Assembly: GCA_951406725.2 (NCBI GenBank)
Contig: OX597833.1
Span: 41,354,001 to 41,418,000, forward strand
Origin: Octopus vulgaris
Taxonomy: Eukaryota
Direction: 5' to 3'
Length of the DNA: 64,000 bases
This document shows positions 1 to 12,929 of this stretch, one piece after another. Every line of letters begins with the position of its first letter. Position 1 is the first letter of the stretch. The position numbers and the translations under genes are program-made. The notes beneath the pieces are model-generated. The model searched no databases and was not told the DNA's origin. It was given only the letters and a program-made list of their open reading frames with translations.

Positions 1-779
1 AAGCTAATGTGTAAAGAAAGGCTCTAGTCCAATTTTGTAGTAATAAAGGGAAATAATTGTTGTATTTCGGGATGGTCATTTTTTTTGCTGAAGGGAAGTA
101 ATTTATATTTGAATTACTTCCCTTGACATGTGCATTTAACGGAAAATGCAACTAGCAAAGAGAGGACTGTTCGTTTGCAGATTAAATCATATACTACGGC
201 TTAAGGAATGCATTAGATAATGTAACTTTAGCTATTGTACATTTGAAAATTAGACAAGATGGTTACCATTGATCACTGGTATTTTTTGATCAATTATCTT
301 TGGGATAAATGACAAAGCAAAATTTACCTTATAACGAGTTTATAAATTCTCAAAATAGAATGTGAGAGTTTAAGTGTGCGCCTATGTAACTAATTTAACT
401 GTGATCGAAATTTTATCAAACATAAATATGAAAACCGATATAGATTCAGAAAAGTCGAAAAGACTGAAGAAGATATTGAAAGGTATTGAAAATGTTATGT
501 AAAAAAAAAATCTAAATTTGGTCGAAGAGTATCTACTTCGTGGGGAAACGTTCCGAATAAATAATTATATGGTTGGGTTCTATGAAAATACTAAGATATC
601 CGATTCTACATCTGTATTTGGGCTAGTCTATTTAGGATCACTGTTGTTTACTTCGAATGTGTTAGGCCCTAGAAAGTGTAATCTAAATATCGAAAGTCAT
701 TTGTGAGCCTTTCTGGGTAGCTGCATTCCAGTGAGTCACTGTCATTGCAGTCTAGACATCAAGAGGTATCTCGTTCATC

Positions 780-1440
780 CTACGTAAATGGTGATTAAAA
801 TAATGAACGTCAGAGCTCATTTTAATTTGAAGGATAATAAAAACAAACTTGAACATAGAACAGAACATCACTTGTATGATATACGAACTGACAAGGCTGA
901 ATATTGATGTCGCTGCTTTAAATAGACCCTAACAGTTAAGAGAATTTAAAATCTGTTTCAGATTATACTATCTTTTAGAAATAGAAGGAAAAGGGGAACG
1001 TCAAATTCAATGAGTCGATTTTATTGCTAAAGCAAAAACAGGTGATGAAGTATCAACTCACACCAAGAACAATCAACGACATATTCATGCTTTTTCCGTA
1101 TACCACTCTATGGAGAGACTTTCATTACTTGTCGACGCTTCTATGCCCAAATGAGACGCCAATAATGGTGTTAAGGATAAATTCTATTATCAACTGAACA
1201 CCATCCTCTCCAAAGTAGCAGCAGGGAACAAACTAGTTCTGCTTAATGCCAGGATCGAGAGACAAGCGATTATGAGGAAATATTGCGGGGAAAATGGAAA
1301 CTACTATGTGAAGGGACTGCTGTTTTGGGGGATGTAGATCAGAAACTTTACATCGTTAAACCACTTCAAAACCATGTGAACACAAGTGGTATGTTTTTGA
1401 TTATGTCATCACTCGAAAACACGACGAACAATCACAAATT
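780..1440 (+). mobile_element. Degenerate RTE/BovB-like LINE, apurinic endonuclease domain remnant
   Basis: Broken frames give YELTRLNIDVAAL, KDKFYYQLNTILSKVAAGNKLVLL(-)NARI and KWYVFDYVITRKHD, motifs typical of RTE-clade APE domains. Confidence 0.7.
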
Positions 1441-2073
1441 CCTCATCAGTTGACTCAAGATCTCCACCCGTCAAAATCACCTAGCCACTTTTCAGCTCCA
1501 GACGGGTTAGTGTGTATCTTGTTGCTACATTATCAATAGGTATGAAACTAAAAGCGTATGACGTACTCATTCAATTTTGTTTTTCTTTTTCTTTTCCCTG
1601 GCATAGACGAAAGTATGGCTGAGCGGCAGTGGTGGCTCGTAGATAAAATTACTGGAGGTGCGGCTTCAGAAAATTTCTAGCCGTTGTTTTAATATTGTGT
1701 AAAAGGAAATAAACATATAAAAAGAAAATTTATGCATAAACTTGAACGGTTCGCGTTTTAGCCACTGCCGGTTAGTGTGTTTAATTTGTTCACTGAACAC
1801 GGCCGCGAATTCCCCCTTGTTTTTCAAAGAACCCCGCTAAATCACAAAATAAGGCTGGTGGGAAATGTGCCCTATTTTTCAAATCCTGTCAGCAACACTG
1901 AAGCTGGAAGCAGGATAATAATTTAATTCTATACTTTATCACATTCAAGAATATAAACGCGTTTTTAAGAACACGCATGCACGCTGACTTGCACACATGC
2001 GCACACAGACAAAAGGAATGCAGCTCCGATAACGGACAGAGTCAACATACATTAACAAGGTTGCAAAGGCAAC

Positions 2074-2116
<43 letters not shown>

Positions 2117-2120
<4 letters not shown>

Positions 2121-3340
2121 GTTGTCACATATGAAATATCGTATTTGAAAGGTAACAATAAAACGTTATTAGAAGTGTTAGGGAACTGATTTATTTAATC
2201 AAATTATGATCCACGTTCATTTATGACATATACCCAACGTGTCTCTAAGTTATATATTCCATCTTTAAAAAATGTTCATCTTTTGCTGTCTGAATGCTTC
2301 AATTATCCCTTCTCTATTTAAGAATGTTTTATTGCGTAAAATGTTTACTTAAATGATAATCAGTAGGAGAGATATCAGGGAATAGGGAGAATGTTGCAAA
2401 ATCTTATAATTCAGGTTTTGCAACTTTTGGACCGTAGCTTGAGAAGTATGAGAACATGCATTGTCGTAGAGCAAAATAAGGCCATCTCTATTCACTAGTC
2501 TGGGTTGCTTCTTTTTCAAATTCTCAGACATACAATCAATTTCCTGGCAATACAATGTTGTTCTTACCGTTTTTCTACGTTGCAAAAGTGAATAATGAAT
2601 AACCCCCTTTGCAGACCACCATGCAGTGACCATTAACATTTTAGGGTGCAATGGTGGTTTTGGATAGTGACTCTCCTGCATCTAACCACTCTCCTGTTCT
2701 GCTGTTGTTAAAGAGTATCCATTTCTCATATGTAATGATTCGATGCAAAAATGGGGTTTTTTCCGGTCAAGAAAGCAATACGAAGCACACTTCGAGGGAC
2801 CTGTTTGTTTGTTTTTTTAATCTCGTTCAGTTGATGTGGAACAAACCTATCCATTTTCTTGACTTTCCCAATATTTCTCTGGTATCGTGAAACAATTGTG
2901 TGAGATGTTTGGAGTTCAGTTGAACATTTTCGGACCGTTGTTCTCGGATTTTGTTCAACCAAAGCATTTAATCTATCTTGCCGAATAACTAATTTTGGCT
3001 TCACCTTTGGTTCATTTTCAAGGCTATCACCTCCTGAACAAAATCTTTGGAACCATCTCTAAACAGTTCTGATTCCAACAAAACAAATACCAAAGGCCCG
3101 TTTGATATTCCGTAGATCTTCTGCAGCAGTGTGACCCAGTTTTTTCTCATACAAGAAAATGACTCGACATTGTTTGGTTCTTATCATTTTCATAATGTCT
3201 CTGGGTACGAATTTTCCATACCAATATTGTCTGGAAAGAAAAAGAGTCAAGATTAAATGCAAGGGTATACATAATTGAGTTTTTAAATGACTGAAATAAC
3301 AACTAATTAAAAATGCGACATTTCATGTGTGATAACCTAT
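2117..3340 (-). mobile_element. Full-length defective mariner transposon
   Basis: ~30-bp TIRs (TTAGGTTGTCACATATGAAAT / ATTTCATGTGTGATAACCTA) in (TA)n. Fragments include FVPHQL, LHPKMLMVTAWW, LLYDNACSH and LQHSPYS. Frameshifted. Confidence 0.92.
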
Positions 3341-3347
3341 ATATATA

Positions 3348-3650
3348 TCACGTGATCACGTGACCGACCAGTCCATCAGATGTAGTTACACATCGCTGGT
3401 CACAATGCATTCGCATTGTTTTAGCCTTCGAATGACGCCACCCGCTGGCTAAGCGAGCAGGCCAACAGACGAAAAAGTGGGAGAAAGAGTGGTGAAAGAG
3501 TACAGCAGGGATCACCACCCCCTGCCGGAGCTTCGTGGAGCTTTTAGGTGTTTTCGCTCAATAAACACTCAGAACGCCCGGTCTGGGAATCGAAACCACG
3601 ATCCTACGACCGCGAGTCCGCTGCCCTAACCACTGGGCCATTGCGCCTCC
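3348..3650 (-). mobile_element. tRNA-derived SINE (head shared with 39660-40020)
   Basis: Minus-strand head GGAGGCGCAATGGCCCAGTGGTTAGGG...GGTTTCGATTCCC with A/B boxes. Resembles octopus OR-type SINEs (recalled, not verified). Confidence 0.8.
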
Positions 3651-3670
3651 ACACACACAAACACCCCCCC

Positions 3671-3703
<33 letters not shown>

Positions 3704-3704
3704 C

Positions 3705-4640
3705 ATTCAACAGCATCGACGGCATGAGAGGCAGCAACAGTAGCAGAAACACCAACACTGGTACCAGTACTAGCGCTACGGCCGGAGAAGATGACCTTGC
3801 CGACACCAGCAGCACCAGCGAAGCTACTGGCCAGCGAATCTAACATTACCACATTACCGACAGCACCCATATCACCACCGGCGGCAATAGCGCCAATCCT
3901 ACGGCCAGGGATGACCGCCACAGTGATAACAACCACAGTGACATCAGCCACAGCTTCATCGTCGAACCCGCTCATCATAATGATAACAGCACTGACGGCA
4001 GCCCCAACAACACCGGTGGCAACAACATCCCCAGGGCCAGAGCCAACTGGAGATGCACCAGTAATGTGAACACAACCAATACCCAAGCCTGGAAATACAT
4101 CGGATTCGGCGGTACGGCTTTCAAGCGACGCTTGTACAACCACAGGTCCTCATTCAGGATCCCAGAAAGACGTTTTGTCGCATTCCTGACCAGCCATGTG
4201 CGGCACCTCAAAGATCAAGGGGCCCCATACGATACAAAGTGGAAGATCTTAGAACAGCCGGGTCCCTACTTCAACGGGAGTGGACGCTGTAAGCTCTGCA
4301 TAGCTGAGCGAACTAGGATACATAAACTCCCTAAGACCTTTGACGCTGAATACACGCCATGCACCCATTTCAAGCGCTACCTGCTGCAAACATGGGATTT
4401 CCCGTTCGTTGACTAAGCTCGGAAGAGTCCTTACGATCCATTAGAAAGGATAGATCCCTTATTTCCCTCACCAAATTGCTGGTCTAGGAGAGATAACCTG
4501 TCCTCACTATCGCCAGACTTTTTATTCTTTGATGATCTTTTGACCATTGTAACAACTTTCCACCTCCGAGAGGGGAAAAGTTAATTTTGCCTTCGAACTA
4601 GAATCTGATGAGTCGTCCATGAAGCTATGGCTTTATTACT

Positions 4641-4670
<30 letters not shown>
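3705..4670 (+). mobile_element. Penelope-like element 3' fragment: Thr/Ala/Pro-rich stretch plus GIY-YIG endonuclease
   Basis: ORF 4066-4416 has KYIG..FKRRLYNHRSSF, HLKD..WKIL, CKLC.AER and CTH, the PLE GIY-YIG/CCHH pattern. Ends in (AAT)n. Confidence 0.85.
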
Positions 4671-4673
<3 letters not shown>

Positions 4674-4787
4674 TATAAATTAAGTACTAGTTGCGTACTG
4701 GAGTGGATGTAATTGACTGACCCCGCTCTCCAAAAATTTCGGGCCTTGAGCCTAGAGTAGAAAAGAAAAGAATATTCCTTCTAACTA

Positions 4788-5020
4788 AGGCGGCGAGCTG
4801 GCAGAAACGTTAGCAGGCCGGGCGAAATACTTAGTGGTATTTCGTCTGCCGCTACGTTCTGAGTTCAAATTCTGCTGAGATCGACTTTGCCTTTCATCCT
4901 TTCGGGGCCGATTAAATAAGTACCAATTACGCACAGGGGTCGATGTAATCGACTTAATCCCTTTGACTGTCCTTGTTTGTCCCTTTATGTTTAGTCCCCT
5001 GTGGGCAATAAAGAAACAAA
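4788..5020 (+). mobile_element. SINE family B (GGCGGCGAGCTGGCAGAA head)
   Basis: tRNA-like head with GAGTTCAAATTC B box. Other copies at ~24189, ~24963 and ~32345, and degraded copies at ~34000, ~53450, ~57068 and ~63510. Confidence 0.85.
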
Positions 5021-5129
5021 TATCCCCTCTAATCTTTTGTTGTTTGTGCAAATTTTGCCTCTCGTTGCAAAATATGGATACATCCAAGCGAGAAAATTTC
5101 TTTATTAATAAAAATTGATTTCATTCTAT

Positions 5130-5350
5130 TACTCTTTTATTTGCTTCAGTCATTTGACTGTGGTTGTGCTGGAGCACCACCTTAAAGGGTGTTAGTCGAA
5201 CGACTTATTCTTTGTAAGCCTAGTACTTATTCCATCGGTCTCTTTTGCCGAACCGCAAGCGATGGTGGTGGTGGTGGGGAGACAAACACTGACGCGCGCG
5301 CACACAGACACAAACACAAGCACTCACACATACACACGCACACACACACG

Positions 5351-5417
<67 letters not shown>

Positions 5418-5668
5418 CAATATAAATAATATATATGATTTATATTATTATTTAACTGAACGTCACGCATCCATTTCCAAGTTTATATATATATATATAT
5501 ATATATACAACGAGCTTCTTTCAGTTTCCGTCTATCAATTCCACTCAAAAGGCTTTGGTCGGTCCGAGCTGTAGTAGAAGAGACTTGCCCAATGTGCCAC
5601 GCAATGAGACTGAACCTGGAGCCATGTGTTTGGATAAGAGCAAGCTTCTTATCAAACAGCCACGCCAT
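5130..5668 (-). mobile_element. SINE family A with internal microsatellite
   Basis: Matches the other family A copies in the window. (CA)n/(TA)n lies between the conserved halves. Confidence 0.8.
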
Positions 5669-6242
5669 GTTGAAAACTTAGTACATTTTTATTTTTGTGC
5701 GTTGGGTGTAAAATATGTGTGCGCATGCGTAAGTGCACAGCTTAGAAGTAACATTGTCTGCAATACACATAACTCGCTTTTGAAGTACCTGAACCCGCAA
5801 CGTTTTGTTTTTTCCTCTTTCCTTACAATAACTACTACATTTGTTTTTACTACCACACTTCCGGCGAAACATTTTAATCTGGCATGTCAAAATTTTAATT
5901 TCTTTAACAATCCCATAATCGGAGTGTCACATATGGATTGTCGCTTATAGCTAAGTTTTTTAAAATGTGATATTGGAAAAGAATTTTTTTTTCTCAAATT
6001 CTATCGGAAATCACCGCTGACACACACGTCATAAGATTAGAATATACTGACCTAGGCTCTCAAACAGCAGAAATCGACACCACAAGGTCTTGTCAATTTT
6101 TCTGTGCTGACCCTATTTACAAAGACTTCTGGTTCATACATATTTACTGGAAAATCTTCAGTTTTCTAGGCTGTACTCAACATTGAAGCATCAATGGCAG
6201 GATACGAACGACCAATCTTTCTGCCTGTTGCTTGTTATACTT

Positions 6243-6648
6243 ATTTCTTTACTACCCACAAGGGGTTAAACACAGAGGGGACAAACAAGGACAGACAAAG
6301 GGATTAAGTCGATTATATCGACCCCCAGTGCGTAACTGGTACTTAATTTATCGACCCCGAAAGGATGAAAGGCAAAGTCGACCTCGGCGGAAATTGAACT
6401 CACAACGTAACGACAGACGAAATACCTATTTCTTTATTACCCACAAGGGGCTAAACACAAAGGGGACAGACAAAGGGATTAAGTCTATTATATCGACCCC
6501 AGTGCGTAACTGGTACTTAATTTATCGACCCCGAAAGGATGAAAGGCAAAGTCGACCTCGGCGGAAATTGAACTCACAACGTAACGACAGACGAAATACC
6601 GCTCGCCATTTCGCCCGACGTGCTAACGATTCTGCCAGCTCGCCGCCT
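6243..6648 (-). mobile_element. SINE family B, tandem dimer of body
   Basis: Two head-to-tail ~180-bp body units with a single head. Confidence 0.85.
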
Positions 6649-7349
6649 TGCTCGTTATACTATCGGTTCTGCCATTTGCACCCTTAGACATCTATGCATG
6701 TATATATAATGCATGTATGTATGTATAAATAGGAAGCGGTTCTTAAAAGACATCGTTTTCTCCAAAGACCGAAAGATAAGCGAGATTTGTTAAAGATCAG
6801 TGAAGCGTTCAGTAGTTACTCATTACATTTGCAGAACTTTCCTTGTGATTATGTTTACATATGTACAGATAGCGCATACATAACCTCTTAGATAAAATAC
6901 TTTCTTCAAACATTAATAAATACAATGTTACTATTATTGAAATGTTACGCCTCCATTCCGACTACACTAAAACTAGCAACCAAACTACATGGCGTGTCTT
7001 TCCCCCCAATTACTAATGAAATGTCATTCAGATTGATTTCCTCTCTGTGGGAAGCTGTTTGTATTTATACCATGAAAGATGACTAGAGCTGCTGTTTCAT
7101 TAAACTATTCGCTGAAACCTTGCACTCGCCTGTCCAACCGCGATCTCCCCACCACCTCTCTCTACTTCCTTTCCTTTTCTTTTAACCCTTTTTTCTCTTC
7201 ACCGTTCTGTAACAGTGAAGACATCAAAGAGTAACTCCGAAACAAAACGGATAAATACAGTTAAGAGATCAAATATCAGAATCAAGGCTGCCAAAGAGAT
7301 CTTAAGGAATCTTCTAGAACATGTACATGCACACACACCAAGAAAATCT

Positions 7350-7494
7350 GTGTGATATGAAGGTTGTTTCCCAACTACATGGTCCCGGGTTCAATCCCAC
7401 TGCGTGGCACCCTGGACAAGTGCCTTCTACTATAGCCATGGCCCAACTAAATCCCTGTGGGTGGATTTGGTAATCGGAAATTGAAAAAAGTCTA

Positions 7495-7535
<41 letters not shown>

Positions 7536-8135
7536 TGTACCCCACCACCGCCTGACAACCGGTGTTGATGTGTTTACATTCCAGTAACCTACCGGTTCAG
7601 CAAAAGACCCTGATAGAATAAGTACCAGGCTTAAAAAGAAGGCGGCGAGCTGGCAGAAATGTTAGCACTCCGGGCGAAATGCTTAGCAGTATTTCGTCTG
7701 TCTTTATGTTCTGAGTTCAAATTCCGCCGAGCTCGACTTTGCCTTTCATACTTTCGGGGTCGATTAAATAAGTACCAGTTACACACTGGAGTCAATATAA
7801 TCGACTTAATCCGTTTGTCTGTTCTTGTTTGTCCCCTCTGTATGTAGCCCCTTGTGGGCAGTAAAAAATAAGTATTTTGTCTGTCTTTCTGGTCTGAGTT
7901 CAAATTCCGCCGAGGTCAACTTTGCCTTTCATCCTTTCGGGGTCGATAAATTAAGTACCAGTTACGCACTGGGGTCGATGTAATCGACTTAATCCGTTTG
8001 TTTGTCCTTGTTTGTCCCCTCTGTGTGTAGCCCCTTGTGGGCAGTAAAGAAATAAGAAAATAAGTACTGAGGTCGATTCTTCAAGGCGTGCCCCAGCACG
8101 GCCGCAGTCTAATGACTGAAACAAGTAAAAGATAA
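7350..8135 (+). mobile_element. SINE family A containing a nested family B dimer (7640-8055)
   Basis: The family A tail resumes at ~8060 after the B insert. Confidence 0.8.
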
Positions 8136-8445
8136 AAGGTCATAAAAATATAAATTTTAGATAGAAATACAACCATATTTTACTTACTTTGATACCTTGA
8201 TCAATTATGCTTCCTCTTCGATTCCTCTCGTATTTTTCCCGAAGTACCTTTTGCTAACAACTCCTTTCCCAAGTCCTTTTTTGCCGGTTTCACCGCTCAT
8301 ATAATTCATTCTATATCATGTCTCTTTATATATTGCTCTGCATTAAATCTACCTTTTACAGCCTCCTCTTTTCGATGCTGCTCATCAGCAAGAATATTCC
8401 ATCAACGTATGGCTGTTGAATGTGGTAAGATAGTTTACATTAGTC

Positions 8446-8800
8446 GTGAAGCAAGAAAACGCGGAGGAGAGAAAGATCAATAAATACAGGGACCTGACCA
8501 ACCACTATCAGTTTGTGCCGGTTGCCGTCGAGACGTCAGGAGTTCTAGGACCCCGTGCTACCGATTTCCCCTCCAAAGTAGAGATAGCGGCGGTCCGTCG
8601 GAAAAATGAACACCGCGAAGTGGAATGACTGTTGCAGCGAGTGCCGCTGGCCATTCTCCGCGGCAACGCCATCGCAGTCATTACCGCGGGACTCGGCTGA
8701 GCACGCCATCTGTTTTAGGATATGTGACCCATCAACCCTTCCTTCTCCAGCTTTACTCTACTTCTTTCTTTTCTTTTCTTTTTCTCTCTTTTCCCCCTGT
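8446..8800 (+). mobile_element. CRE-clade non-LTR retrotransposon 3' fragment (restriction-like endonuclease)
   Basis: AEERKINKYRDL..YQFVPVAVETSGVLGPRA...*LLQRVPLAILRGNA matches the CRE C-terminal K..KY / F.P.A.ET.G / RGNA pattern. Confidence 0.8.
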
Positions 8801-8821
8801 TTCTTTGTATTTAAATTTCTC

Positions 8822-9208
8822 TCTATATAAAGCTGAAGTTGTCTGTGTATGGCAGGTTTGGTAGCCTTCAACTAACACTATTTCCTCTGAGACCCTGCGG
8901 CGCAAGTTGACCAAAATTGAGAGTATGATAGAAGAAGGCTTGCTCTTCATTCCGTAGAAGATGAAATTCAAATCGGACCATGTTAAGACCAAAAATTATT
9001 TACATCAAAAAGGTGCTTTTTTTCTATGAAAATCCCTATTTTTTACGGGTTTTTTTACTGCTGTGTCGCCATTTTTCGGTGTATTTCAACCAGAAAAATG
9101 TTCACGTAAAGAGAATAACAAGCTACATAATGCAAAATTTTAACTTTTCAAAAATTCCAATTCTAAAGAGTCGAAACAAACCCGAGCAACGCCGGGCGAT
9201 ACTGCTAG
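8822..9208 (+). mobile_element. Non-autonomous Helitron
   Basis: 5' TC, 3' hairpin CCCGAGCAACGCCGGG then CTAG|T. Near-identical to 27722-28110. Confidence 0.8.
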
Positions 9209-9450
9209 TGTTATATAAATAGTTATTTAACCCATGCCACAAAAAAAAATATTGAATTAGAAAGCCTATCGGTTTACGCCTTTTAACTTGTACCAGTATT
9301 CAAGAGTATTTTCAGAAAAAAAATATCAGTACGCTGTGTACCATTAAAGAATAGCTCCACCGTTGGTCATGACTATCATTTAGACAACTCTCTCGTATAA
9401 CGGATGGGAAATGAATAGATGTCGAAATAACAGACGTAGGAGATTTGCAG

Positions 9451-9650
9451 GTATCGTAAGCTACCTTTGAGTCTGATACAACAATTTGAGTCTTATAGCA
9501 ATAATTCCATCTTCAGTGAAAAGAAACCACTTTCTTATCTTAATTACGAAGTTCCACTAGGAAACTTTGAAGAATCGGATTTAAACCTTCAAACAATGAT
9601 CACATTATCAAAAAGCTCATTAATTATAAGTACTGGTGCCTTTCTTTGCT
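9451..9650 (+). other. Possible plus-strand exon with ATG (MITLSKSSLIISTGAFLC, phase 1)
   Basis: TTTGCAG acceptor-like site at 9450, AAACAATG at 9596 and GTAAGT donor at 9651. Unique sequence. No downstream partner established. Confidence 0.3.
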
Positions 9651-10631
9651 GTAAGTTTTCGTACTTAAATTTCCATTGCTTCGATCAATTTCTAATAATT
9701 TAATGTTCTTCAGTAATTCGTCTTTAATATAAGAAACTCGAGAGATTTTTGTATTCTGATATTCTATTGCCGAATCCTCTCCCCAGTCTCGGCCTCTCTA
9801 TCACACTAGCCCTATTCACTCTCATATTCTGGTCATTTGTTTGACTATATCACCCATCTTCTCATCCTCTTTTATCTTGTTATCTCTTTTACTTTCTCTC
9901 TCCCTCATCCTTTCTCTTTCTCCTTCTACCCCATGTAGAGATCTGAACTCATAAGTAAAACGCTCGGAAAGCTATAATATACAAATATGTGCTACCTTAT
10001 GTTTATATCTGTTTCGGGCTCTACATAAAATTTGCCATCCTCGGTTGAAACGGGATTGCGAACCGAATCAAGGACATTCCATATGAACTTGCAAAAAAAG
10101 ATGTCTCATATTCTTCAAATCGCAACCAACCGTCTTTAAAACAAAACAAAAAAAGGACAAATTACATCTAATAATTTAGTTTTTGATATTCTATGTCTGA
10201 AGGAAGAAATATGTAGAATACAACCGGAACGTCTTTGATCGGAGGTTGACTTGATAAGAGTTGAATTGAAGTTAAACAACAGGATTACGAGAGACTTACT
10301 CGAAACCGTTGACTGACACTAAATATAGTTAACGTCTGGACAGTTTTCCGTCCTCCACGACAGCACTTACGCTATGGTCTCCATTTCAATCGTGATGCAT
10401 TCTCAGTATATCTTACGAGAAGACGTTAAGTGTATGGAACGTCTTCTCTGAAGTATAAATCGTCCACTGTCTCCAAAACTTGGTTGTGTAGTCAAGTAAG
10501 CAAAATTCTTCGAGCTTTCTCGAATAAATGACTCGCCTCTTAACTCTTTTAATTTATGTTTACTACACGTCATTAAAAAGTCAACTGGTATTTAACCACC
10601 TTGACTAAAAGTTGTTTCAGGAAGTTTTTTA

Positions 10632-11733
10632 AGGCGCAAGAGTAGCTTGCTTACTTACTTGAGGGTCGCCCCCCACCAAGTGTCACTCGTGCCTGGAGTC
10701 AGGTCACATTAAGAAGGACTGCCCCCGAGGCCGTTGTAAGGCGCCCTCCGCTCTCCCATTGCAGGGAGAATCAGAGGAAGTCGTTGAGGCATCAGCCTCA
10801 ACGAGAAGGAAAAGAAAGGTGAGCAACAATGGTTGCTCACCAACAGACGCACAGGTTGCGGGAGAGGAGGGGAACAACCCCCCCCCCAGTGTACCGCTGG
10901 AAGCCCCGACTCCCGCAACCGTAAAAAGGAAAAAGAGAAGGAAGAGAAACGGGAGACGGTCGGCGGATGTCGCTGTGCCGCCGACCGAACCCGATGCTCC
11001 TCCGGTGGAACGTGTGCCACCGGAGCGAGAGGCTCTGTCAGTGGGAATTGTGCCACTGACAGAGCAGGCAGGTGAGGAGGAGGTGAAACCCGTCGTTTTC
11101 TATCTCAGGTGAGGGCCTGTCGAGAAGTGCTTGGACGGTCTTCCAGGCCAAGAACGATTGGACTCGATCTGTATAGACTGTCCAGGTTGGCCTCCGCAGG
11201 TGGCTGCGGAGGTCGTGAGTCAGAAGGAACTGTTCGAGGTCATGGTGACCTGTAATAAGGAAGATTTTGCTTTCCTCTTTTCGGGCCCCGACAAGCCGAT
11301 GCAGGTTTTCCTGCAGGCGGCGGATCATTTGCTTGGGGGCTCCGATGAGGAGGATTGATCTTATAGCTTGTGCGTATATTGAATAACTTATTGTATATAT
11401 TCGTAATGGACTATTAAGTCCAATAATTGTAAAAACTGTCGTTTCAGTTGGAAAAAAAAGAATAATGTTTTAGAGAAGCAGAAAATCGGCGGGCGTTTTC
11501 TGCCTTCTCTCATCAATATCATCCTTGTTTCATCATTCACCTCATTAATGTATATGTCCAGCCCGCAACCTACTCTTTGTAATGCCTTTATGGCAAATCT
11601 CAATGAAATAAAGTAGCTTGCTTACCAACCACATGATTCTAGGTTCAGTCTCACTGTGTGGCATCTTGGGCAAGTGTCTTTTACAATAGCTTTGTGAGTG
11701 GATTTGGTAGATGGAAACTGAAAGAAGCCCGTC

Positions 11734-11790
<57 letters not shown>

Positions 11791-11864
11791 GATACTTTGA
11801 TACTTTGATAGGTTTCGGCCATTATTGGCCCAGGCCATGTCTAACTTAATAGCACCACCTGGTG

Positions 11865-11924
<60 letters not shown>

Positions 11925-12150
11925 GGTTGCCTGTGTTTGTGTGTCTGTGTTTGTCCCCTCAACATCACTTGACAACCGATGCTGGTGTGTTTACGTCCCC
12001 GTAACTTAGCGGTTCGGCAAAAGTGACCGATAGAATAAGTACTAGACTTACAAAGAATAAGTCCTGGAGTCGATTTGTTCGACTAAGGACGGTGCTTCAG
12101 CATGGCTGCAGTCAAATGACTGAAACAAATAAAAGAATAAAAGTATAAAA
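10632..12150 (+). mobile_element. SINE family A split by the ORF1 retrocopy
   Basis: Head AGGCGCAAGAGTAGCTTGCTTAC at 10632-10654 resumes at 11612 and continues through the body and tail. Confidence 0.8.
10655..11611 (+). mobile_element. 5'-truncated retrocopy encoding the C-terminal part of an L1/Tx1-like ORF1 with a CCHC zinc knuckle
   Basis: EGRPP/KCHSCLESGHIKKDCP at 10661-10725. The same frame continues to 11358 with one TGA at 11110. AT-rich 3' UTR ends in AATAA. Flanked by AGTAGCTTGCTTAC duplication. Confidence 0.75.
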
Positions 12151-12787
12151 GTAATTTTCCGCTCTCCTACACTTAAGAAAATTGTTTCCTGAGTGAAGGA
12201 GTGTGTGTGTGTGTGTTTGTGTGAGACAGAGACAGAGACAGAGAGACAGAGATGTATTTGTTTCACTAGACTTTCGGGCAGGAATTCAGTAGAGTGTTTC
12301 CCGGTTAACTACATTAGTTAGATATGAAGTTTAAGACTTGGGGAGGAAGTGTGTGTGTGTGGGGGGGGAGTCCTAAGTGGAGAGTTGTAGCATTCATACA
12401 GTCCCAAACTTTTAACTGGCCGCCGTCTCCTTGGTTCTAAGGCCACATTCCTGCTGCCCGCCCCTCGCTCACCATCACAGACAGACCATTTTCTGCAACA
12501 AATTCAAAACAACAGTATTTCACAAATAAAACTTAACCTCATTGACCCTATATTTTGCTTCTCTTTTTTTTTACATCCATTGCCCCGTTTTGGTTACCCC
12601 ATTATCGCCCCATTTTTCTTCAACGACTTCCTGGATCTTTCCACCGCCCTTAGTCGGGTGATACCACCCACTTTGGGAACCACTGCTCTAGAACATCAGC
12701 AGCATAAAGAATCTAAAATCGAAACTGATTTGTGGACTCGGACACCTCTTTCTTTCCTGCCTTTCTCACACTTTCTCAACTTTCGGC

Positions 12788-12790
<3 letters not shown>

Positions 12791-12880
<90 letters not shown>

Positions 12881-12890
12881 TCTCTCTCCC

Positions 12891-12929
<39 letters not shown>

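Noticed and set aside
3575-3650. tRNA-like sequences with A/B boxes
   Set aside because: They are SINE heads continuing into SINE bodies. No complete cloverleaf tRNA gene is evident.
4600-4632. Hammerhead at CTGATGAGTC
   Set aside because: GAAA and stems cannot be completed, so it is not counted as a ribozyme motif.
10371-10447. Minus-strand exon-like segment with an 11-bp hairpin
   Set aside because: Stops in all three frames and no independent support.
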